DNA of 64,000 nt from Perna viridis (Eukaryota): the NCBI GenBank assembly GCA_037379345.1, contig CM074512.1, positions 61,959,597 through 62,023,596 on the forward strand, given 5' to 3'. The notes beneath the pieces were generated by a model. That model saw only the letters and a program-made list of their open reading frames with translations. It was not told the origin of the DNA and did not search any database. Of the stretch, positions 28,106-39,151 are shown piece after piece. Made by a program: the position numbers and the translations under genes. Numbering within the stretch: the first letter of the stretch is position 1; each line of letters starts with the position of its first letter.

Positions 28106-30220
28106 ATCATATGTGTCATGGGAATTTTTTATCCTAAAGATCCCAAAAAAATGGAAACCAGAAGTTCTATAGAAGCTTGAAATGAGTGGAATTAACTCTA
28201 TAAGATTGTGCTGTAGTGAATTTGTAACAACCAATCCTGTCACAAAATGCCCCATGAATTACTATCTAAGAATAATAACAGCAGTTTCTTGTTCTGTTGC
28301 TATTGTCAACTGTGTTCCTAAATGACAGGAAGTCCTTTGAAGCTTTCAATTTTTTTTTGTTTTCACTGCTTTTTTTATTACTTTGATTGCAAATTGAAGG
28401 CATAAATATCACTTTCAAAGGCTGAGAGCTAATTTTGTAATGCATAGTGATTTTATAGTTGTTTTAGTGAAGGCCTCTTTCTAATAATTGATGATGAAAT
28501 TGTTCTGTTATGTTGTACAACCTTTATTGTTAGTGATTTTGTTATATCAGTGAACAGGCTGTATAAAGAAGTTAAATAATAATAATTGCAGACCACCACA
28601 AAGTTGGTGCAGACTGTTACTGGGTTTGTTTGGATACATGACATTGTTGTACTTCTAACTTTCCACTATTTATTTTGGATATTTGTTATCTTAGTTGATC
28701 AAAATAAACTTGAGGGACAATTAAAATAAAAATGGTTTAGAATTCAGTATTCCCTTCATGGGTATTTGATGGCTATTTGCCTAACTGTTAAATCAAGAAT
28801 TATCATGAATGAGTTGTTTGTGTGTTATTTTCCAATCTATCTAAGAATGATCATGGGTACCTACTTACCTATTCTATAACTGAGGTAGATGTGTTTTTTG
28901 CACATCTGTCAAAGTATTGTCATTGGCTCTGTTGCTTGACTGTCCAAGGATTGTGATTGGCTGTGTTCTTTGGCCTGAATGTCTGTTAAATAAAAGTCAT
29001 TGGCTATATTTGCCTGTCTGTCAAAGTATGATTATGGTTGTGCTTTTTGCATATCTGTTCAAGAATGGTCATGAGTGTATTTTTGCATGCCTGTTCATTA
29101 GCTGTATTACTCTGAGGCTGAGGCTATGACTGTTAACTGCGTTACTTCTTGTCAGTGCTAGATTATAGCCTTTATCTCTTCTATTCTGTAGAAGTTTGGT
29201 CTTCAGTTTTGTGCTTCCCCTTTGGTCAAAGTATGGTCTTTGATTGTGTTCTTTGCTTTTTCTTTGAAGTAAGGTTTTTGGCCATGTTTTTGGCTTATCT
29301 GTCAAAGTTCAGTCTTTGGACTGTGTTATTTGCTTATCAATCAAAGTTGTTTTTTTTTTGTTTTGTTAACCTATCTGTCAAAGTTTGGTCTATGGTTGTT
29401 TTATACTCTCTACATGTGGTCATTGTAAAGAGTTCCAATATAACTTTTTTACATAATTGCTAATTTTAGCTCCTTTCAATTTTGTTTTGTTAGTCATTTA
29501 TTGTTTGAAGTTTGATTTTTCCCAAAGGAACACTATGTATTGTAATCAGTATTTATTCTTGTCATAGTTAGTCCATCAATATTATGGAACTGTTGTATTT
29601 TTATCTTTGTTGGTTATTTTTTCAGTTTTTGATTATTAAGTCAACAACCTTGGGCAGTGCAATTCATAATTGATATTGTATTTTTGAAATTCTGAATGTT
29701 TGGGATGATTTTTCCGGTAACAACATCCAATTATTTTACCTTGGTGATCGATGGCATCTAATCAAGTATAATTTTATAATTGATGCCCTCAAAATTTTTC
29801 GTGACAGACTAGTTTTGATAAATGATAATTGTGGTGTTTGGTAAAAACACAACAAGGCCAATACTAATGTTTTCATGGAGAATTACAGAATCGGACCCAT
29901 AAAACAAGTGATAGCGTTATAAAACATTCATAAGAAAAAATTGGATTAGAAATTTGTTCTGTATTGCACTCCAGTTAATTGAATAAAAACATGCTTTGGT
30001 TTATATACCATTCGTCCAATAGTATTATTGGAGGACCTAAACATATTTATAAAATATTTTTGAGGTGCCGATATTGATGTTTTCCATTTATGGATGTGTT
30101 TTTCTCATTTGTCGCATGCTAGAAGTTGTTTAACGAGTTTTCTTGGATTTAGTGTTAAAAAAAAAGGATAATACTTGTAAAAGTTTTAAAGTTTGAACAT
30201 TGACATAGAAATTACCAAAT

Positions 30221-30294
30221 ATGGTGATATATCCTGGACAGCAAATCTTTGTATCGAGGGCGGAGCCCGTGTTGTATGCTATTCAGATTCGCAG
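30221..30294 (+). CDS. dlg1: Candidate alternative first exon MVIYPGQQIFVSRAEPVLYAIQIR(R), joining the exon at 32130
   Basis: ATG with an in-frame TAG 15 nt upstream; CAG|gtattt donor in phase 2 matches the 32130 acceptor; local CpG enrichment. Confidence 0.6.
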
Positions 30295-32129
30295 GTATTT
30301 ATTTCTCATATTTTCATCACATTTGTTATATTTTTTTCTTTTAATTAATTTCACTCCTTATATTTTTACCTATATAATTTGCTAATGAATATATACATGT
30401 ATTGCTCAGAAGTCCAATTTGAACCTTCTTGACTTTCTGTCACTATTGATAGATGAACTTTTCACCCTTAGCATCGGTGTTTACTGGCTTTCCTAAGTAC
30501 TTTCAGTGTTTATAATTAATTCTTGTATTTCAATGTTTTCTGGGTTCTTACAGTGTATCAGTATTGCGTGTGATTTTAATTGCTTTCTTGTACATGTGCT
30601 TTTAATGTTTTTGTTTGTAGTAAAATAAGTATTGCATTTTTTATTGCCCACTGAAGAATGTCAGTTTTCTCTCAGATGAAATACATGTAGGTAGCAAATT
30701 CAGAATAATTTTTGCACTGGTTCTATACTTCCATAGTTTGGTCTTTTTTTTTTTTTTTTTTTGTCTTGGTTCACCCGACCAACAATTTTTTGGGAGTCAT
30801 GTATGCACAACTTCAAACCATTCAAATTGACATTGATATGAATCTTTTAGAAAATTGTGTAAATAACATGATGTTATATAATGTAATGAGTCATGTTAAA
30901 AGGGTTCTGACAGTTATAATCTAAGAATTTTGGGTAATGAAATAGTGAAATCAAATTTAAATAATTAGATATACTTATTCAAGACTGTGATAGAATATTG
31001 AGGAGTGATTTAGTATTAACTTGTGTTCCCTGATTTCAAGTTTACCTAGTTTATAATAAGTCATCATGCTCTCAAAGTAAAAATTGGAAGCTGTATAAAA
31101 TATTACCAGAGAAAGAAGAGTTTATGATAAATATGATATTGGAGATGAGTATCATTTTCTGATATATTGTAATAGTGTTAGTATGAAAAATACTGTTTGA
31201 TGACTCTGAGGAAATATTTGTTTACCCAATTACAGATATTGATTAATTGATAAAACTAAGAGACATTGAAGTGTAGAGTACCTTGATACCATTGAAGGGG
31301 GAGATGATTCTCTTAACAAATGGTCATTCTTTTGTTATTTACTGAAATCTACAATGATCTGGTTTTCAATAATATGTTTAATTAGAACATGTGTTATGAC
31401 TTGCTGGTGTATATACATGTATTCTGTTTTTTTGTTGTTGTTGACATTGCATGCTCATACGTGTACCCTTTATTGAGATACTTTGTATGGAGGATACAAC
31501 TTAATGAGAGTTGTGTATCATATTAAGTCATGCCTGAAGCGAAATATGTATTGCTGAATGCTTTAAAAGGAAGATAATTCAACTTAAGGACCTTTTTATG
31601 TAAAGAGCTTTTAAGTGCAACTTTAGTCACTCAAGTAGTATAATCACAGGACTGGTGAAAATGCTGGTTGATCTGAAAAAAAATTCTGCTTCTAGGCCAG
31701 TAATTTCTATATAGGATCTCCAAATATGGTTTGGGCCTGTGGATTAAAATGTTTAGCATGCAGACTGAAATTCTACCTAACTGTTTAATAAATTCCCATG
31801 GACCTTTATATGAAAGTCAAGTAGAACAACTGAAATATGTTTTGTCAGATGCTGGCAAAGGAGATAGTTATATTTAAAGTATTTGGATGAGCATCTTCAC
31901 AGTATTGCAGGCATCCAAATGGCTATTTTCCCCCATAAACTATTGTGGGATGTTCTTGATATAACAAATAGAATTTTTTAAGTTTGACTTATGTTTTCCA
32001 CGGTTCATGTTCATGTAATTTTCTACCAATATCAGTCAGGAGATAGTCCTTCTATTTCCTCTATATTTTGGGGAGAATGTGAATAAGTTGAAACTTGGCC
32101 CTTATATTAACTATATTTTATTGTTTCAG

Positions 32130-32238
32130 GATGAATGATATTATTGTGAAGGTGAATGGAACTGATGTATCAAGTGCTGATACAACACACTCGGAGGCTG
32201 TGGATGCTTTGAAACAAGCGGGAACTAGAGTTGTATTG
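32130..32238 (+). CDS. dlg1: dlg1 exon (K)MNDIIVKVNGTDVSSADTTHSEAVDALKQAGTRVVL, PDZ1 C-half
   Basis: tttcag|G ATG...TTG|gtaggt; phase 2-0. Confidence 0.96.
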
Positions 32239-32752
32239 GTAGGTTTATTATATGTATATTAAGAAGAGGATTAGGGTTTAGTTTAGTCTTTTAGTTAATG
32301 AAAATTAGGATTAACTTTAGTCATTTTCAATCTAGAAAGAGGAATGCAATTGATAAACTGTTAAACTGTCAGTGTATTTGCTCATGTGTGAACAAATCAA
32401 TTGCCTCAATCGAACAAATATCTCTATCTGAATAAATCTGTCAAAATCTAAAAAATGAGTTGGGTTACTAGACCATAAAAGCAACCCACAACTAATAGTT
32501 CTTAGACAGTAAATGGCCTCTTGATACCCTGTATTCACAAATATTGTTAATTTATTATATAGATAGCAGTGTTTTATCAAAAGTTCCCAGTGTAATAAAT
32601 TTCAATAATTCATACTGTGAAATAAATTCGGTAATTTCACTCTTGTGCTTTCTCCCGCCAAAACACCACAACTTTTATATCAATCTGCCAATCACAGAAT
32701 CCAAAATTCATATTGAAAATATCGATAAATTATGAAGAAAATCTATATGATA

Positions 32753-32926
32753 AATAGGATAATCAATTGGTTATCGTGAATAACCAAAATATTATCACTT
32801 GTGCTAAAACGCTAGAAGATTTAACTCATGTGCGAAACAAGTTCCGCTCTCTTGTTAAATCTAGGCGTTCTTCAACACTCCTGATAATATTATGGTTATT
32901 CACTCTTTCCAATTAATTATCCTATT
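32753..32926. mobile_element. Foldback MITE-like element
   Basis: ~50-bp imperfect inverted arms AATAGGATAATCAATTGG...GTGAATAACCAAAATATTATCA and TGATAATATTATGGTTATTCAC...CCAATTAATTATCCTATT. Confidence 0.7.
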
Positions 32927-33934
32927 ATTCTTTTTGATATTTTCATGATTTTCTAAGAAGACACATTGTATATATGTCCCTGCTCTACGGATTAGTGATG
33001 TATAGTTTTTTGGTTCCTGTCTGTCATACTTTTGTGATTACAATTATAGATCTTTCCAATTCAAATCTTTAATTTTATTATACCCCTCACAGCAATGTAT
33101 AATTATACTCAGATGGTGGTGAAATTTGCACTTAGATTTGGATGCTTTCTCACTTTGAGATTTCCAGGTCTTCCTTCTCTTGTTATATTATCTGTCTGTC
33201 TGTCTGTCTGTCTGTGCATTATGTTTTCTCTTCCTGAATATTCTATATATGTTATTAATCAGTATGAATGAAATTTTGGACAGTTTTTACAATATGTTAA
33301 TGACCATAACTTATTTCTTTAAAACGAAGCTTTAGGTAAAGTTTTCAGTAATGGGCATGTTATGGAAACATCTGTTTTGCTTTTTTACTTAATTAATTCT
33401 ACTTAATTTTTTTTTATCTTGTTGATTTTATGCTTTCAGTACTTTTAATTCTCTAAACAATTTCAATTTCGAATTTATCAAAGATCATTACACAACAAGA
33501 ATTGAAATTTGTCAGACTGTTCCCAAAGCTAATGAAACCTACACCACAAATATTGCTTGTTTCTGAAGCTTGTTTAGTTCTCTTTAAGGATCTTATTACA
33601 ATGACTTTTACTCTATTAAATCTGCTTTTATCAACATTTTACAAACATACTTTGATGTTTGAGTCCTGTGATAACAGCACATGCATTTCAATCAGAAACA
33701 TTGTGTGATGTTTGACATTAAAATGTTGCTTTTTCATCTTAATGATGGTTTACTGTTTGAATTTTGGTGAGTTGCTTTGTTCGATTTTTTTAAGTTACTT
33801 GCAATATTGCATTTATAAATGTAATGATAAAATAAAAGCCTGATTAAATATTGATGACTGTTTTATCACATGGTTACTTCAATTGATCATTTCAAAGTTA
33901 TATTGATGTTTTTTTGTTTGTTTGTTTCTTTTAT

Positions 33935-34230
33935 AGTTCATATCAGTTTTTAGTGTTCATACATCCTGTTTTCTGTTTTCATGACCTGTTTTACTGTTTT
34001 CATTTGCATTTAGAGTTCACATGACCTATTTTCTGTGTTTGTTGGTATTTACATTTCACATGATCTGCATTCTGTGTTCGTTGGTATTTAGAGTTCACAT
34101 GACCAGTTTGTTTTATGTTGACTGGTATTTAGAGTTCACATGACCAGTTCTCTGTGTTTATTGGTCTTCAGAGTTCACATGACCAGTTCTCTGTGTTTAT
34201 TGGTCTGTAGAGTTCACATGACCTGTATTC
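33935..34230. repeat. ~39-bp degenerate minisatellite
   Basis: AGAGTTCACATGACCAGTTCTCTGTGTTTATTGGT units. Confidence 0.85.
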
Positions 34231-34647
34231 TAGAATTTCCATATCAGTTATAGTTTGTAAAGTACTTGTCTCATGTGATGGTGGTATTATGCTTGATCAG
34301 TCTGTTCCTATAATCACTGGGACTAGTGAACATTTAATAAATGGTCTGCTCAATTGTACTAAAATCCTATATACATTTAACACAAATCAGAAGGTCGTGG
34401 ACTGTTGTTAATTCCATGTTGATTATATCTGAGATATGAATAAGGGGGAATATCCTTCAAACAACAAACATATATAAATAAAAACAAAAAACAAAAACAA
34501 GGACAAGAACAAGAACGCACCTCTTTAAGTAGTTGGACAAGTTCACACAGCATATTTATGAACGGAAACTGAAATGTATAGATAAATTGGCTCAGAAAGG
34601 TTTCTTATTCATGGTTGTAATTGTGGCATGCATGTTTTATTTTACAG

Positions 34648-34714
34648 TATGTGAAAAGACTGAGAGCTCCAACAGAAAGCATTATGGAATTAGAACTAAT
34701 TAAAGGCAACAAAG
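34648..34714 (+). CDS. dlg1: dlg1 exon YVKRLRAPTESIMELELIKGNK(G), PDZ1-PDZ2 linker
   Basis: tttacag|TAT...G|gtaata; phase 0-1. Confidence 0.95.
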
Positions 34715-34719
34715 GTAAT

Positions 34720-34800
34720 ATGTCAACATTCTCTTGGGTTAATATACCACTGTCAACATTCTCATGGGTTAATATACCACTGTCAACATTGTCTTGGGTA
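34720..34800. repeat. 30-bp tandem repeat x~2.7 just inside the donor of exon 34648-34714
   Basis: TGTCAACATTCTCTTGGGTTAATATACCAC. Confidence 0.9.
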
Positions 34801-35705
34801 TTAAGTTTTGTGGGTGTCCAAATTCCATTGGTTCGTGTGTTTAAATTTGTTTATTTTTAGAGCATTAGTGGAAATTTTATAATTTGTTAAGGTAAAGTTT
34901 TTACATATATATGAATCTAAAAGGTTCTTTTAAATGCTAGAAAATATTTGTTGCAAATTAATAATTTATATTAAAAAAACTTTTAAAAAGTCAGTGAAAA
35001 AGAAATGGAGATACAGCAACCTCCTGTATTCAGCTAAAACCTGTATTAAAATACTATGATTGAAATATCCCTATGTAGCGCATGCTTTGTGAAATTATTG
35101 ATGTATATAATGACCACCTGTCTTATGTGACCATGATTTCACTCTACCTCAGAAAGTCACATAAGGCAGGTTTCACTGTATATTTGAAGAACTAAGTGGT
35201 CCAATACACTCTAGGTTAAGGTTCTCTTGTAAATGTTGTGGTGTCATTATTTATTGATGATTTTATATTGATATTTATTTGGTTTGTCACAGGGGTAACA
35301 TTATTCCATATTAGGCTTCTGTTTTATCGACTAAAACACGTGGCTGAATCACCTATGTGTTGGAAATATAGAATCAAGTTTTAGTTAAGATTTAGTTAAC
35401 TACCGATAATCAGTCACTTTTTGGCAATATGGCTTATTTACCATATTTCTATTGACCTATTTGACACTGTCTTTTGTTTAGATAAAAAAACTTAGTTGAC
35501 AGCTTTTCTAACTTGAACGTCTGCATCCAAAGATCACTGTGATAACAAAGGATACATTAGATTATGTTGGACAGGAAACCTATCCCTGAAACATACCTAG
35601 ATTTGTGCAGAAAATCATACCAGTTAGATTCATATTGTCATAAGACTGAAACTTCTTAAAGTATATTCTCTGTACAATCTATAAACTCTTTACTTGTTTT
35701 AATAG

Positions 35706-35842
35706 GACTGGGTTTCAGTATAGCTGGTGGAGTGGGGAACCAGCATATACCTGGTGATAATGGAATATTTGTCACCAAAATCATTGAAGGTGGAGCTGCA
35801 GAACAAGATGGACGCTTAGCAACAGGAGACAGACTTGTAGCT
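35706..35842 (+). CDS. dlg1: dlg1 exon (G)[48 protein letters not shown]2
   Basis: aatag|GA...GCT|gtaatt; closely matches the Dlg PDZ2 signature; phase 1-0. Confidence 0.97.
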
Positions 35843-35936
35843 GTAATTTGTTTAAATATGCTTCACAGCTAAAATTACAGACACACACACACACAAAATT
35901 CATAAAAAGTTACATATAAAATGAAATCTTCTAAGA

Positions 35937-37800
35937 GTTGTTTACAAGACAAATAATAGCAATAGAAAAGAATGATCAAAGTGTGATTGAATGTGTGTTG
36001 TGTACAAGACAAATAATGGGCAATAGAAAAGAATGATCAAAGTGTGATTGAATGTGTGTTGTGTACAAGACAAATAATAGCAATAGAAAAGAATGATCAA
36101 AGTGTGATTGAATGTGTGTTGTGTACAAGACAAATAATGGGCAATAGAAAAGAATGATCAAAGTGTGATTGAATGTGTGTTGTTTACAAGACAAATAATA
36201 GCAATAGAAAAGAATGATCAAAGTGTGATTGAATGTGTGTTGTGTACAAGACAAATAATAGCAATAGAAAAGAATGATCAAAGTGTGATTGAATGTGTGT
36301 TGTTTACAAGACAAATAATGGGCAATAGAAAAGAATGATCAAAATGTGATTGAATGTGTGTTGTTTACAAGACAAATAATGGGCAGTAGAAAAGAATGAT
36401 CAAAGTGTGATTGAATGTGTGTTGTTTACAAGACAAATAATGGGCAATAGAAAAGAATGATCAAAGTGTGATTGAATGTGTGTGTTGTTTACAAGACAAA
36501 TAATGGGCAATAGAAAAGAATGATCAAAGTGTGATTGAATGTGTGTTGTGTACAAGACAAATAATAGCATTAGAAAAGAATGATCAAAGTGTGATTGAAT
36601 GTGTGTTGTGTACAAGACAAATAATAGCAATAGAAAAGAATGATCAAAGTGTGATTGAATGTGTGTTGTGTACAAAACAAATAATGGGCAATAGAAAAGA
36701 ATGATCAAAATGTGATTGAATGTGTGTTGTTTACAAGACAAATAATGGGCAATAGAAAAGAATGATCAAAATGTGATTGAATGTGTGTTGTTTACAAGAC
36801 AAATAATAGCAATAGAAAAGAATGATCAAAATGTGATTGAAAGTGTGTTGTTTACAAGACAAATAATAGCATTAGAAAAGAATGATCAAAATGTGATTGA
36901 AAGTGTGTTGTTTAGGTTACAGACCACCAATTCAACCAATGGGCATTTGGAACGTACGCAAAAATAGTCCTACGCAGAAATTACCCCTGTTCCTCATAGT
37001 GCTGTGAAAAAAGTTCTCATCTTATTTAAAAAAATTAAACAGTTTCTGAAAGGAAAAACATTTCTGTACAATTTATAGGTGCATTTTGCTTCTTGTGATG
37101 TGAAGCCTAATCTCCATAATGATTTCTATATATACCCCTATCTTGTGAAAACACTGGGATTTCCCATGCTATTTATAGACCCTTCACTTCCGGTGACCAG
37201 TACTGCACTGCAAGTCTGCTAACCCCACATGCCATTCTGAGGATTGTGAGCTGACATATGTAGAATCATGCTGATATATAGTCCTCTGCAGGTTAAAGTT
37301 AAGGTAAAGTCCTGAGAAGTCATTGAATATTGTGAAATTAGCATAGAAGCCTATGGGAAGTGGAATTAGTGGTTTCTAGCCTTTACAAGACAAATAATGG
37401 CAATAGAAAAGAATGATCAAAGTGTGATTGAATGTGTGTTGTTTACAAGACAAATAATGGGCAATAGAAAAGAATGATCAAAATGTGATTGAAAGTGTGT
37501 TGTTTACAAGACAAATAATAGCAATAGAAAAGAATGATGAAAATGTGATTGAAAGTGTATTGTTTACAAGACAAATAATGGGCAATAGAAAAGAATGATC
37601 AAAGTGTGATTGAAAGTGTGTTTACAAGACAAATAATAGCAATAGAAAAGAATGATCAAAATGTGATTGAAAGTGTGTTGTTTACAAGACAAATAATGGG
37701 CAATAGAAAAGAATGATCAAAGTGTGATTTAATGTGTGTTGTGTACAAGACAAATAATGGGCAATAGAAAAGAATGATCAAAATGTGCTTTAATGTGTAT
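35937..37800. repeat. 60/61-bp satellite interrupted by a DNA transposon
   Basis: unit TACAAGACAAATAAT(A/GG)GCAATAGAAAAGAATGATCAAAGTGTGATTGAATGTGTGTTGT. Confidence 0.97.
36915..37381. mobile_element. 467-bp non-autonomous DNA transposon (Kolobok-like)
   Basis: TIRs GGTTACAGACCACCAATTC and rc GGCTAGAAACCACTAATTC (15/19); TSD TTTA; excision restores the satellite GTTGTTTACAAG. Confidence 0.8.
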
Positions 37801-38254
37801 ATTTACTGTGCATACAATAATAAAATTCATAAGGAAGAAGTGGTTTTGACAATCACCCAATTAATAGAATTATGCAGATAACTGGACAATTGAGAAGGAG
37901 ATTTAGATATCCATGGAATGGACAAACAGTTTAAATCTCCTTGTTGATTGTCCTGGCTTTTGGAACAAGATTGAAGTCATCACTACAGAAGTTTTATTTT
38001 ATGTGCTAAAAAAATCTAATAATAGAAAAAGAGCAAATGTTTTTTTTAAATAAATTGTATATCACCATGGTATTGATCACAATAAGCTTCTTTGTAATGA
38101 ATTATTGGGATCACTTGACATCATTGGTAATCATTTAAGTGTAAACTTGTAATATAAGGGTTAATCGAAGTATAAAAAAGTTATGTTCCTACTGAATAAA
38201 AAAAATGTTTTATCCTGTGTAATCTATTAAAAAAAATGTTTTATTTTTATGTAG

Positions 38255-38384
38255 GTTAACAACTCAAATCTAGACAATGTTACACATGAAGAAGCTGTGG
38301 CAGCATTAAAAGCAACACAAGAAGTTGTCAGACTGACCGTGGCTAAACCATCATATCAAACAGAACCTGAACATTCACCTCCCA
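38255..38384 (+). CDS. dlg1: dlg1 exon VNNSNLDNVTHEEAVAALKATQEVVRLTVAKPSYQTEPEHSPP, PDZ2 C-half
   Basis: tatgtag|GTT...A|gtaagt; VTHEEAV motif; phase 0-1. Confidence 0.96.
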
Positions 38385-38734
38385 GTAAGTAGCCCTCTGG
38401 TTGTCTGGCTTATCATTCTTGTATTAGAACTACCGTGAAACCTCTCTATATGAAGCCCTGGATTAACTACAAACCTATGTGAACCAGACATCTTCTCTAG
38501 TCTTTTGACATCAGATTCAAAATGTTTTGGTGCCAATCAAACCACCGTAACAGGACAAATCATCAGTCTTAAGGAGGTTTAGTTGAGGCAAAGCAAATAA
38601 GCACAATGGAAGTCACTTCCTGTTTTACTGTTCAGATAACTAGCAGAAGAAATGTTCATAGTAACTTTAGAAGTATAGATTCTCCTTCAATAATGAACTT
38701 GTGTAAATTATTTCTCCTCTGGAGATAGTCAATT

Positions 38735-38895
38735 AAAATCTGAATTTCACCATAGAGAGTGGAGAAATAATCTAAATCAACAATAGGCTGTAGGAGAATC
38801 AGTTTCTCCCATAAACTCTGTAGAAACATTGTAAAATGGCAGAAAAACGCGTGCAGAAATTTAGTCACCACCTGACATGTATTTTTAGTCATTGG
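38735..38895. mobile_element. Dispersed repeat, second copy at ~59325-59495
   Basis: shared AGAGAGTGGAGAAATAAT...AATAGGC.G.AGGAGAA...CAGAAATTTA. Confidence 0.75.
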
Positions 38896-39033
38896 CTAGG
38901 AATTAGAGAAAGGTATATTTTGAGAGATATTTCAGTCAGTTGTTAAATTGATGACTTGAAGAAAGTTTGTTTTATCTATAGCAGCACTTAGGCTTCATTG
39001 TTAGCACTAATTTTATGGCTTGTTCCCTTGCAG

Positions 39034-39151
39034 CTCCAAGAAAAGATAATGTTGCAGTTGTTGCACCAACGTCAAGTCCAGACACACGAAACACCTCCCA
39101 GTCACCTCCTACCCCGCCCAGCAAACCCAGCAGCTATGAAGAACTTCCTAG
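39034..39151 (+). CDS. dlg1: dlg1 exon (T)PRKDNVAVVAPTSSPDTRNTSQSPPTPPSKPSSYEELP(R), Pro/Ser-rich PDZ2-PDZ3 linker
   Basis: cccttgcag|CT...AG|gttagt; phase 1-2 bridges the flanking exons exactly. Confidence 0.92.

Noticed and set aside
26650-28137. Many overlapping 76-165 aa ORFs (MAKQYNITTIILGQ, CPRMIVVMLYCLA repeats)
   Set aside because: By-products of a 42-bp satellite that is open in several frames on both strands; no gene structure
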